Shown in pieces: positions 11,601 to 24,349 of a DNA stretch of 64,000 bases (its first letter is position 1; each line of letters begins with the position of its first letter). The notes under the pieces are model-generated. The model was not told where the DNA came from. It was given only the letters and a program-made list of their open reading frames with translations, and searched no databases. The stretch spans positions 47,918,235-47,982,234 of the forward strand of contig JAUZTB010000001.1 in the NCBI GenBank assembly GCA_034780895.1. Direction: 5' to 3'. A program made the position numbers and the translations under genes. Source of the DNA: Rhynchobatus australiae. Its lineage: Eukaryota.

Positions 11601-14600
11601 TCAATCAAAGCAAAGTCAAGTGCTTCACTACCTCACACCTCAGCCAATTCCAAGTGCTTAATCCAAGCACATGAAGCCTACCCAAATAACACCTTTTAGT
11701 CTGATACCAGGCCTGCTTAAAAAACATTTCCTGAGTCAGTCTGAAATGCAACTGGGATTCCAGTCACGGCAGAATTTTTATATGGGTTTTTCCAGCACTG
11801 AGCTGCAAGCAATTTCAATAATTTCAATTCCATTTCATCTTATTGTTATCGGCAGGACGATAATTATACTGTAAGCACTGTTAACGTATTCAATAGTTAA
11901 TACAGATCACTGTTGAGTACGTATTGCAAAGAATTATTGATGCATAGAGGGGATAAAAGGACATTTTGATTCTGTAAATCCTTCAAGACCCCCTCCCCAA
12001 AATGAGACAATCAAATCACAACATCCACTTTTATTCCCCCCACCCAAGTCCAACACACTGCCTACATTAACTCCACCAGTGTCGCTCCCCCAATACTCCT
12101 GATGCTTGTTTTCCCATCTGGATAGCCTTCACCAAAGCACAGCCCCATTATCTTCTCTGGCCATATCTTTTACTGCATCTTCTTATCCTAATGGGCTGTA
12201 CAGAAACCACCATTGCCAATGATGACGATCATGTTATTGTAACAAATTACATCTCTGGCTGAGTATATAACCTGACACATACACGTGCCTAACCATGGCC
12301 TATGGAAAATCTGTAACTGATACTTAACACAGCAGCTCTACAGCACATTTGACATGCAGCCTTGAAGGAGTCATTAATTTTGTTCAAAATTTGTTATCTT
12401 CTCAATGGCAAGCCTTGATTGTGTCCCAAGCCACATGCAGAAATGATAAACCAATAATAGCATATGTTTGCCCTAAAAGGCATCTGTCATACAAGTCTTA
12501 TATGGCTTGAACTGATCAAAAATTATTTACCACAATCTGAGAATACAACTTACAAATCCGTTCAGCGATAATACAATTTCTAAAATACTATCCTCCTAAG
12601 AGCAATAGCTCTATTTCATCCCAAGGATTACCACATCTTGCCCAGCAATTAAAAATTGAATTAGTCACTGTTGGTAATGTTACAACAGTGCATTAGAGAT
12701 CAAATTGGGCAATAAAATTCAGCTGATTTTCACATATACTATACAAGTGGATCAAGTCTTATTTGTATTTAACAAATATAATTCTGAACAGCAATGCAAT
12801 CAATAGACCTCTCATGATAAAGTAACAGATGAAATTATTTGAGTTACACTAAAGGGTATTTTTTAATTGCAGAAAACTGTAATCATGGAATCAATTTCTT
12901 ATTATGCAAATAAACAGGCAGCTCATCTTCAGCAGGAGAATTGCATGGCTTAATTTGAAACTAAAACTCTTGGCCGGACTGTCTGACCTACCAACCTGCA
13001 GTTGCAGGAGTAATTATCTTATTTCCAAAGCAAAGGCAAGTCAGATTAACAGTGCCTTGTTGATCAGCACAACAGAGACCATTCTTGTACTGCTCTGCTG
13101 AAGGTGCAATCTCCCAGCTACATGTTGCTGGGTCTCCGACTCGGGTTGGGGTGGGTGGATAACTGAACTTTATATTGCGCACCCATTTAATTGTTTGCCC
13201 AAAATATCAGCCAACAAGGGAGAGGTATTTTGGGCAATCAATTAAAATAAATATTAGCTGCAAGTTCTAAGCTTCAAGTATTTTAAAAATGTTTCCAGCT
13301 CCTGCTTCCTCNNNNNNNNNNNNNNNNNNNNNNNNNNNNNNNNNNNNNNNNNNNNNNNNNNNNNNNNNNNNNNNNNNNNNNNNNNNNNNNNNNNNNNNNN
13401 NNNNNNNNNNNGGATGATTGAAAACCCAGTGATGTTTCTCAACCATGTCATTTCTTGGTATGGGACATAAACAGGAGGCACTCCCTAGCAAAGGATTCAG
13501 TCAAAGACAAGTCACCAAGGATTTCCATAGCAATCATCTGTGAAACAAATGAGGTGATGCCATTAGTCAGCACAAGGGTGACCTACAGGCATTGATGATT
13601 GGCAAAAGACATGATGTGAATGGAGAGGTCAGCCTGCCCAACACAGTAGGGAGCTCAGTTAACTTGCGGATGTTTCCAGAAACGATATCTTGCTTATTTC
13701 TGAGTTACCTGCCTCCTGACCAACTTCAGAAATCACGAAATCACTTGGGCTGATATATACTCACATCTGGTCATAACTTTGCATGGATTGGCTCATCTCC
13801 CACTTCCACTCCTGAACATTGAAATGTGAAAATTGGAAACAAGCTGGAGGTAAGATACCAGTGTAAATTAGACTTGCCACAGAGACTAGTGGTGGACATT
13901 TATGCGTGTAGCTGTGTGCTCAGCTTTATGCCAACTTATCTGACAGGAGCAGCATATTCCGTATATTTCAATGGGGCTGCTGACCTGATCAGCTCAGTTG
14001 GCATTCCATATACGAATCAGCTAAGTCTGGGCAGGCAGCATGTTTGGGTGGAGGGTCTTATCTAGTATGATACAGCCTAATATGATGGATATTACTAGTT
14101 CAATCATGTTAGACTTGGTTTCCAACCTTCAATTAAAATAATGATAGAAAATGCAACAAGACTGGAGAGAAATTACTAGGATTGCACACATCTTCCATTT
14201 ATGAATGTTTACTTCTCAAATTTCAGTTTTTGGGAGGAAAATCAACAATGAGTCTGCTCTCAATTGAAGACAATGAAAAATGTGGAGATACAGTGCAATG
14301 ATTTCAAATGGAGTGGCAAAATTACATTTAAATACATAATTCTCTGAATGCGCACAAAGACAAAGCCATGTAAAGCCGAGGAGCATTTTGAGTTTAAAAT
14401 TTAGAGCACAGGAAAACAAAAATTCATATAATGTAATTATGTCAGGAGCAGGGAAAGCTTTGCTGAGAATGTGCTGTGTTGGATGGATTGTTGTTCATTA
14501 CTTCTGCTGTTTGCACATGACCACCACGTACTCCTGGGGAGACTCTCCTCCAGCTTGAGTAGCCATGGGTCATGGATTTCCACAAGTCAATGAGAACGTC

Positions 14601-16239
14601 ATGAAGCACTTTCTCTGTCCTAGAAATTGCTTGCTGTCACAGAGCTCAGAGTGCTCGTCCAGAGACCATAAGCATTTGAGAACCCCACTGAATAAGGAAC
14701 AAAAGGCACAGGGAGTGTAAAGTGCCAGCTAATTTTGACAATAGCACAAGGGAGAAATTAATTGAGATGAGATACTTCAATCCACCAAAACAATAACGGA
14801 TTTTGCCCAGATTTTGCAGGGATACAGAGACATACACAGTCCTGAACTTCCTGGCAGCTGTTTGCCTGTTTTTGCCCACTGGAATCCTGGTGGAGCAACC
14901 TTGCTGCACTTATGGTTGGCAATCTATTCAAATAAAATATAGCAAATCCATTCAGTAAGGAATGAAGATTTTTTAAAAATTTTTTAAAAAAACTGTTTCA
15001 ATTTAAATGTTTACTGCTTAAGCTTTTCACATTTAACATTAAATTTGTAGTGTTTTATTCATTTGAAACTTTAGTAGTTCATGTTTTGAACACGTTTGAT
15101 TTGAATATTTGAAATGTTGCTGAATGTCAAAAATATTTACTTTTGTTTGACAACCAGCTAAGTCGAGGATGCAGCCCAAAGCTGTGAAAGTTTTTCAGCA
15201 TTTTCATGGAAGGGACTTGTTCTGGCCCAATATCCAATGAGTGGGATTTACACGTTCAGGGTCATACCATGAAGCAAGATCATGTTGCAGAAATTGTGAG
15301 TGTCCTTCATTAGCGGTCTCCACGAGGCAAGTAATGGGTTCTTTGTAGGCTGCAGTCATCAAAAATTCCAGGCCAATGTGTTGGTAAAATGTCAATGAAA
15401 TGATTATTTCCATTGTTTAGAGTCAATTTAAAGTGATCATAAAAAGCAAATGCATCTTGGGAGACATCTCTTAGAAAGCAAATTCTTAAATCATGGAATA
15501 CTATCACAGTTAAACACATCACACATATGAAACAAATCATCAAGAACATAAGGCAAAAGGAACAGTTTTGTACCATTTCAGCACAGATATTAAGGACTAA
15601 ATGGCCTTGTTTTGTACGATAAATCCTGAAGTGCTATCTACCCAGCAGATATTTATCTTTTTCATCCAATTAACCTTAAATTGTGAACAGAAGGTTTTCC
15701 CCTGAAATTTCCCATTTTCTTTTGCGTTCTTGCAGCAGTTTCTAATGCCACATGCGAAAAGCAAGGTGCAATTCCAAATAATCAGACTGAAAGTGCTATC
15801 AGATACAGGCACAAGCTTCGAAGCCATACAATGCAAATACAGGAATTAAACTTTAACTCTGAAGAAATTCAACTCTTTGCCAACAGTTGTTGAAAATTTT
15901 TCAATTACTTAGACTCCCTAAACCAGAAACATTCTTCACAGTACATTTTCCTATCAATAAAAAAAAACTTGATTCTAACAAAAGAGCTAAACAGCATTGA
16001 TGACTATAAAATTAAAAATGAAAAGAATACAACTTAGCTTCCATGAACAGGTGATCTGCATGAGAAACATTTACACTAAATAAAAATAAACCCATAAAAA
16101 TACAGAACTTGCAAATATTTAGCAGTCATCAAGCTCATGGACAAAATTAGCTTTGCCTGCTGATTGAAATTACTGGCGTTCAACATCATTAAATTATGAG
16201 CATCATCATTTGCTCTTAAACTTAGTGCCACTTCAGTAT

Positions 16240-19000
16240 GTTTTTTAATTCATTTTTTGAGATCTGGGTATCACCATCAAAGCCAAGATTTAATGCCCTT
16301 GAGGTGATGTTGAAGAACTACAGCCTTGAGCTGCTGCATTCCTTCTGGTTGAGGTACTATCAAAATGCTAATGGTAAGAATTTCCAGGATTCAAACAAAA
16401 AACGACGAGCAAAATATTTCCAAATCGAGATGGCACGTCCTTGGAAGGGAACTTGCTGTTGACGGTATTCCCATGGGCATTCTCCCTCTGGGATTTATGA
16501 GACGCAGCAATAGCCTTGAAGAGTAACTGTTATGCATTTTGTAGACAGTACACAGCAAAGTTATTGCTTAGGATGGAGGTGGGGTGCCAATCAAATCAGC
16601 TGCTTTATCCTAGATGATGGATGGTCAAGTTCCTTGCGAGTTGTTGGAACTCTTCTCATCCAGGCAAATGGAGAGTATTCCATTGAACTCCTGACTTGTG
16701 CCTTGCGTATGGTGGAACGATGTGTCAGGAAGAGAGTCATTTGCCACAATTTACTGCAGCTCATTTTCTGCTCAAAGATCACCAGGATGTTGATGGTGGG
16801 GAACACATCAAGAATAATGCCACTGAATGTCAAGTGGTTGGACTCTCTTGTTGGAGGTGGTCCTTGCCTGCTACTTGAGGCATAAATGTTACTAACCTGC
16901 CCATGTCTGAATGTTGCCTATGTTTTGTTACACCGGTAATTTCAACTGCTAAATCTGAAATACAGGCAGATTTCAACTGAATTTGCCAAGGAGATGCAAA
17001 TGAAATTGAACGTTGTGCAATCATTGTGAACATCCCCAATTCTTACCAAATGATGGAAGGCAGGTAAATGAACCAGCTGAAAGTGGCTGGATCCCTCCTA
17101 GCCTCAGATCCGCTTTTATAGCCACAGTACATATGTAGCTGGGCCAACTGATTTTTCCCCCATTAATGAACATTCACAGAATCTTGAAGGTAGCAGAAAA
17201 CTGGGAGTAGCAAATACCACTACAAGTCAAAAGTGATGGTGTCTCTTGCCTCAATCTTGCGGCATGCAGGTGTGAATTACTTCACTTGCTGAGGAGTTAC
17301 AAATGGAATTGAATATTGCACAATCCTCCATGCACACCCTTATTTTTGACCTTATGATGGAAGGAAGGGCATTGTCGAAGCAATTGAAGATGGCTGAGTG
17401 CAGGGCACTACCCGGAGGAACTCCTGCAGCACTATACTAGGATTCACAACAATCACAATCATTTTCCTTTGTGCAAGGTGCAACTCCAATCATTGGAATG
17501 TTTTCCCCTTGATGCCAATTGACGTCAGTTTTGTCAAGGCTCATTGATGTAAAGAGCAGTCATTCTCACCCCACCTCTGACATTCAGCTCTTAGGTTCCT
17601 ATTTGGACCATATATTAGTTTCATATATGTTGAGATCTGAAGCCAGGGGCCTGATGTAACCCAAAATGGGCATCAGCAAATACTGGTTATTGGTGAGTAA
17701 TGAATATTCCTTGATAGCTTTGTTGATGACACCTTCTGTCACTTTGCAGATGACTTGGAGCAGACTGACTGGGTGGTCATTAGCCATATTGGATTTGATC
17801 CACTTTTTGTGAACATGGGACACTTGGCAATTTTCCACATCGTTCAGAGATGAAGATAGTTCTGGAGTACAAGCCTTCAGTTTGACAAGTGGGATCTTTT
17901 CTGGTCCAATAGCTTTTGCTGTATTCAGTACTCTGCTGTTTTTTTGATATCATGTGGAGTAAATCAACCCGGCTGAAAACAAGCTTGTGATAGTGAAGGC
18001 CTTAGGAGGAAGGCAAGATGGATCATCTGTTCAGTATTTGTGGCTCTATGTTGTTGCAAATGCTTCAGCCTCGTCTCCAGCACTTATTTCAGGGCACCAT
18101 CTTTGTTAAGGATATCCTTGGAACCTCCTCCTTCCATTAGTTGTTTAACTACCCACTTGCCAATGGATGTCATAGAACAGCAGAGCTTCCATCCGACCTA
18201 TAGCTCTATCCTTTGCAAGCTATTTAAGATTTATATTTGCATAGACTAGCACTAATTTAATGTATTTCTAGAGCTATTCTTGGACTATTCTTTGTCATTT
18301 ACCTTGATTCATAAAAATAGGAGATTGAAGAAAATTAGTGCTATTATATTATACATTGGGCTGCACATTTCTGGTGCTGCTTTTGGTCCAAAATGCCTCA
18401 GGGATGTTCAATTCAGAATGGATGCCGGATCTGTTCCGAGACTGTCCCACTGGAACACCACACTGCATAATGGAGGGCACCCTCAATTTGAACAAAGGAC
18501 TGCGTCTCTACAAGGACTTCGTAGTAATCACTTCTGCCAAAGTTATCAAGGATGGTTGCACCTGAAACTGAGGAGGATGAGATCCAGTACATTTGTCCCT
18601 TGTTTGGTTCACTCAGGCATGGCCAGGTTACAGAGCAGTGCTAGTGCTACCAAGTCACTCTTGGCTATGGGCACTGAAGTCCCTCACCCAATCGTTGTTC
18701 AACATGGAGCAGCATTCACTCATCAGCTGAGGGAGAGCGACAGGTGGTAACCAGGAGGGTTACTTGCTGATGTCTGACTTGATGCCATGAGACTTCAGGG
18801 GTCAATAATGAAGACTTTAAGGGCCAATACTGAAGACTTCAAGGGCTACTCCTCCCAAGCTGTACATCACTGTAAACAGACCCACCCATCTCTGGTGGGT
18901 CTGTTCTGCAGTGAGACAAGACATTCAAAAAGGATTGCAAAGAAAGAGTATGGAACCTTGACTGAAACAGCTCTCCAATTTAGACACCAGTATCCAGATG
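16240..19000 (-). mobile_element. Fragmented CR1-clade LINE ORF2 remnants (more than one piece)
   Basis: Degenerate RT motifs QVSHVHKK..KSNMANDHPVSLLQVICKVTEGVIN (17599-17838) and KAQVRSSMEYSPFAWM..PTT (16591-16833); same family as 43590-44820. Confidence 0.75.
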
Positions 19001-19449
19001 TTTTGGAGAAGGTATTTGCGAGTGGGTTGGGAGCAAACCCATCAATGTGCCAAAATCCTTAAATTTTGAAGTTGCTATTAGCAATTTTGCCTCCTTCAGA
19101 GGTTGCACTATTTTGTTAAACTTTACCAGCACAATCAATGCAATCAGTTAAATCACTGAAGCCAATGTCAACTTATGAATTACTCGCAGTGCAAAATACT
19201 TTCTGAAATGCTTTAATTCATGGTCTAGCTGAATTTTAATAGTGTAGTTAGTCATAATTCATGCTTGGCAAACTCTCTGGACTTAAGCAATATTAGGTAG
19301 ATATTATTTCAGTACAAATATTTCAAAATTAACTTCCAGTAAGATCATGTCNNNNNNNNNNNNNNNNNNNNNNNNNNNNNNNNNNNNNNNNNNNNNNNNN
19401 NNNNNNNNNNNNNNNNNNNNNNNNNNNNNNNNNNNNNNNNNNNNNNNNT

Positions 19450-19605
19450 CTCCCTACTGCCAACGATATAACACAGCCCGCCTTTAAACACAAGGGCCAC
19501 AGCCATCCACAGTGCTCCAGGTGCAGACTCAATACTGCCCCATAAAGTTGCATCAAAACCTCCCTACTTTTACCTTCTACAATGAAGACCAACATCCCGC
19601 TATCC
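19450..19605 (-). mobile_element. Old CR1 ORF2 fragment
   Basis: GMLVFI..KSREVLMQLYGAVLSLHLEHC..LWP. Confidence 0.7.
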
Positions 19606-19609
19606 TTCC

Positions 19610-20385
19610 TGATGGAGTTTAATCCAGATAAGTGTGAGGTGTTGCATTTTGGGAAGACAAATGAGGGTAGGACTTTCACATTGAATGGTAGGGCCCCAGG
19701 AAGTGTTGTAGAATAGAGGGACCCAGGAGTACAGGTACATGGTTCCCTGAAAGTGGCGTTGCAGGTAGACAGGGCAGTGAAGAAGGCATTTGGCATGCTG
19801 GCCTTCATCGGTCAGGGCACTGGGTACAGGAGTTGGGAGGTGATATTGCAGTTGTACAAGATGTTGGTGAGGCTGCACTTGGAGTATTGTGTTCCGTTTT
19901 GGTCACCCTGCTATAGGAAAGATGCCATTAAGCTGGAAAGTGTGCAGAGGAGATTTACGAGGATGTTGCCAGGATTTGAGGGACTGAGTTATGGAACAAG
20001 GTTGGGCAGGTTGAAGCGTAAGAGAATGAGGGGTGATCTTATAGAGGTGTATAAAATCATGAGGGGCATAGATATAGGGTGAATGCACTTGGTCTTTTTC
20101 CCTGGGTTGGAGAATCAAGAACTAGAGGGCATAGGCTTATGGTGAGAGGGGAGAGATTTAATAGGAACCTGAGGGGCAACTTCTTCACATAGGGTGGTCC
20201 GTATATGGAATGAGCTGCCAGAGGAAGTAGTTGAGGCAAATACATTTCAAAGGTACTTCAACGGGTACATGGATGGGAAAGGTTTAGAGGGACATGGGCC
20301 AAACGTGAGTAAATGGGACTGGCTTAGATGGGAATCTTGGTCAGCAGGGACCAGTTGGGCCGAAGGGCCTGTTTCCTTGCTGCGT
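19610..20385 (+). mobile_element. 5'-truncated CR1 LINE (HER1-like), 3' ~780 bp
   Basis: QVDRAVKKAFGMLAFIGQG..LQLYKMLVRLHLEYCVPFWSPCYRKDAIKLESVQRRFTRMLPG..RMRGDLIEVYKIMRG; tail gggccgaagggcctgtttcc. Confidence 0.92.
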
Positions 20386-20669
20386 GACTTTAGAAAGTTA
20401 ATTTATCATGAAGTTTATTTATATATTATTTGTTCTTGAATTATACCTACATCCAAATCATTACTTCATACTATAAAATGTTTCAATTATTAACAAACAG
20501 TTGGCTTTTCCTTCCAGTTCGACTATCTACAAGAAATCCTTAATATTAATTCATTATTCAGCTAAGCTGGTGACTTCACAATTGCTAATTAGGGGTTCCT
20601 CTGAACTGGTCCTTGATAGTAACTACTGTCAGAAAAATGGGAATAGTACTGATGACTGGATTTTTGTGG

Positions 20670-20868
20670 CACGAGGGAGAGAGCGGAGAGCAGTGCGTTC
20701 AGAGGGGGAGAGGTTGGAATAGGTAAGGGGAGTATGAAAGTCAAGACAGTTAATATCCCGGCAGTTAGAGTGCTGATGAAGGGTCTTGGCCCAAAATGTC
20801 AACGGTTCGTTTCCCTCCATAGATGCTGCGTGACCTGCTGAGTTCCTCCAGCATTTTGTGTGTGGTGC
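20670..20868. mobile_element. Small Penelope-like insertion: inverted ORF fragment plus terminal repeat, with 15-bp TSD
   Basis: Minus strand translates DINCLDFHTPLTYSNLSPSERTALRSL (resembles the pre-RT region of Penelope-like elements). Plus-strand terminal repeat at 20772-20868. TSD actggatttttgtgg at 20655-20669 and 20869-20883. Confidence 0.8.
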
Positions 20869-23800
20869 ACTGGATTTTTGTGGTGTCCTTTATTCAGTCA
20901 GCAATGACCTCCATCGCTTCACCACTAACAAACTCCAAACTAAAATTCTCACAAATTGGAATATCTTTAACTTTTGATATTGTACCAGAGCATTTTAAAT
21001 TAACTGGGAAATTTGTTAATAAACTATTTTCCAATAAATATTACATTTGGTTTCTATTTGACAAACAATACGACATCCAGCACTCTGAAAAATCTAAGAG
21101 AACTGAGTAAAATTATTTGCCAGGGGTGGGAGGGCGAGTAGAGAAAAGCATAAGAATAAGTAAAATATTAAGATTCAATATAGAAACCAAACTATCTGCA
21201 GTTAAACATACCTCCACCAATTTAAAACAAATTATTAATTGGTTGAATTTCCTTCTCCAGAGGATGTATGGCATAAATCAGAGTTACAGACAACATTAAC
21301 TGGAATCCGAAAAGGATATTCTGTGGTCAGTAGAAAGAGAAAATTATTTTGTGAAGTAAGATCTACAAATTGTTTGTTTTAACACCTTTTTATCCACCTC
21401 TCCAAGATGTAGCACAGACCTCTTTGTAAGAAAGGTGAAGCAAGAAATGCAGCTCTCTTTTTACAACATATAGCTCGCTTTTTATATTTTCTTATCATTT
21501 TCAATATGATTAATTATAATGCAACAATGACCAACAATGAAAATTTTGCCACCACCTCAGTAAAAAAAATCTGGAATACTTAATTTGGGCAGTTAACAAT
21601 AATGGCCTTGAAACCCCAAACAACAACTCAAGTTTCAACACTCAGATAAATTTCATTAAAGTGGAGATGAACTTACAAAAATCCAATACAGACTCAAGTG
21701 CTACTTGTTCTTTTCTCTGCTTAAACCAATTTTTTAATCCAGTTTGTTATCCTCCCTCGTGCTTTACCCATGAAATTTATCCAATCACCTCTCGAGTGGT
21801 ACCAGATTCCCCTTTTTTTTATTTTAAATCACTTCACACAAATGTTAATAATTTTAATTGAAGATAAAAGAACAGGAAATTTAAAATCAAGATAAACAGG
21901 TCTGAAAACTTCAGTTTGAAGTTCAGATGTTTTGAACAAAATGTGAATACCAAAATATGAAAAGCCAGGCAGAACTGAATTCAAAGTCTGAAACTAGAAA
22001 AGCCCTTGACGCAATCTGCAGAAAACATAAGATTACGAAAGCAACGGACACATTTCTTATCAGTATATTCCAATGCTCTTTATAGCCAATGAGTACTAAG
22101 AAAATACAACTGATGTTACATAGAAAATGCAGGAGACAATTTGCACATAGGAACCTACTAAAACCAGAAATGCTTTCTATCCAGAAAATGATTACTTTGA
22201 ATAAATATTGGGCAAGAAAATGGAAGAATTCTCACGACCTTCCAATAATACCTTAGTTCTTCTACATGCATTCTGTACAACACCATGCAAAAGGTAGCAT
22301 TCCTATCAGTACAACATTCACATGCCAGCCCAGTGCATGGATTCAAGCTTATGGAGCAAGATTAGAACCCATGATCTTCAGAGAACAAGAAATTTGCCAT
22401 TAAAATGATGGTGCCACTTAGTTATTACAATTATTGTGCACTGAAAAATAAATTTGGTCACTTCCTAGGTACAAAACAAAATGGTAGAGGATATGAATTA
22501 TCTTTCAATGAATTATCTTTCATTGAAAGATAATTCAATTACTGATTCCCAAGGAAGTCTTTGATCTTTCCATCTGCTAGTTTCTAGCTGGCAATGTGTT
22601 CATGAAGGATTCTGGGGACATAATTTTTAAATACCCAAATTGTCCATTATGGCCACCTTTCCCATTAGCCATAGTCAGGTCCACTGTCCATGACCTTAAT
22701 TAAGCCTAATTTTGGGATCCACATACTTATATATTTTTTTCAAACCCAAACAGTTCGCTTGATTAGTGCGTCATTCAGAGACAACCTCACCGGGCACCAA
22801 CAAAACAACAACCACAAAAGCGATTATATGCTGATTGTTAAAAAGTTTTTCAACATTACAAGCACTGATGGATGATAGGGGACAGAACTTGCAATTTTTT
22901 CACAAAAATTATATTATATTTGCTGTCTTTAAGCTTTTTTTTGATAAGCTTTATTCCCAATAATAATTTTCTCCCATTCTATAGGCTGTAATAACATATT
23001 TATTTGGTGCCTTCAGTAAAGCGCAACATTCCCGTGATCTTACTGAATTGCTGCTACTACTCCAAGTTCCTATTCTTTATGTTATTATTTTGGCGTGCAC
23101 TTAACATTAGTGTTAACAAACAAAATGACTAAGCCACAAAGAGAGAGCCAAATATAGTTGTCAAGCCTTTACATGTCCAAAAGTACCTATTCAACTGCCT
23201 AAGTACATTGGGGTTCATTTCAACTATGTACAAAATACAGCGCATGTAATAGTTTCCCTTTCCCAAATCCAAATTGCTGAAATAAAATAACTTTGCACAT
23301 CAGTCCAAATGGGATCAAATAATTCAGAAACTAAGCCCGGGGCCTTATCCAAATGGTTTGGTCACTCACTGGTCAGATTTGCCAATCTAAAAGTCATGGC
23401 TTATTTTGTTTATCATCTGTCAATAATTATATATGTTAAAATGAAGGCATGTCTGTCATCATTCTTGTATTTTACTATTTGTGTATTCAACACTCACGAT
23501 GTTAGTTTCCCATAAAGTAACTTGAATGTAAAAGCCGACCAAATTCATATTTGCTACAAATATTAAAGAACCCCACTTCAACACATTTAGGCTAAATACA
23601 AATTACTTCACCAGTTCCTACAAAATTCAAAACTAAATATGCAAAGTCATTTTGCCAAACCTAAAAATGACCTGAGATAGTAAATAGCATTCAACAAGAA
23701 ACTGAAGTTAACAATTTAAAATTTGTATTTAAAATTGAGAACAATGCAACCCAAAAAAAAAAGTAATGCCAATAAATAGTTTGCAGAAGAAATTGGGGGG

Positions 23801-24225
23801 TAGAAACCGTTTCTCTCCGAGTAAAGAGCAGGTTGAGAAAGGGTTTTAAACTGGGAGTTGGAAACCCAGTCCCAAGTTTGAAATTATGTCAGGACAGCAG
23901 CTCCTATCTTTGGCGTGTATCGAAGGACCCACTCGCCGCCGCCACCACACGGCCAACAATCCTGCTTTCCCCCGGCCTGGCTCCAACTCTTGAACGATGG
24001 CAAGCAACTTAACGCAATCGAGCACAGCCCAGCCAAACCCAGTCCGCCCCGGCCGGCCGCACAGACACGCAACACAAGGGCCCCGACCTCAGCCTGCAGC
24101 GCCTCCGCGCCCGCTGCCCAGCCAACGCACTCCCCGGCCGGCTTCCTTGTCACCGACAGCTCCAGGCATCGCGGCCTGCGCTCGCCCGACACGGCCGAAA
24201 GCAGGCGGAAAGGGCGACAACTCAC

Positions 24226-24236
24226 CGTCGGGCCAT
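24226..24236 (-). CDS. Probable first coding exon segment (ATG GCC CGA CG) of the same Ser/Arg-rich gene
   Basis: Lies in the CpG island, has good Kozak context (gaaATGG) and a consensus donor G|GTGAGT. Its phase-2 end joins the 3046 exon in frame (CG|G GAC AGC = MARRDSS). Confidence 0.7.
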
Positions 24237-24337
24237 TTCTGAGGGCAAGGCGGCGGCCCCCGCTTCGTGCACGGCCGGGCACCGCGGGCTGCTGTGCTTC
24301 CCAACGACGAAACTTTACCGCCCAAGAGCCGTAACTT

Positions 24338-24349
24338 TCACTTTGCCAT
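24338..24349 (-). promoter_or_regulatory. Candidate minimal upstream ORF (ATG GCA AAG TGA, M-A-K-stop) in the 5' leader
   Basis: Only ATG seen between the ETS motif and the main ATG; ends ~100 nt upstream of it. Assumes transcription starts above 24349. Confidence 0.45.
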
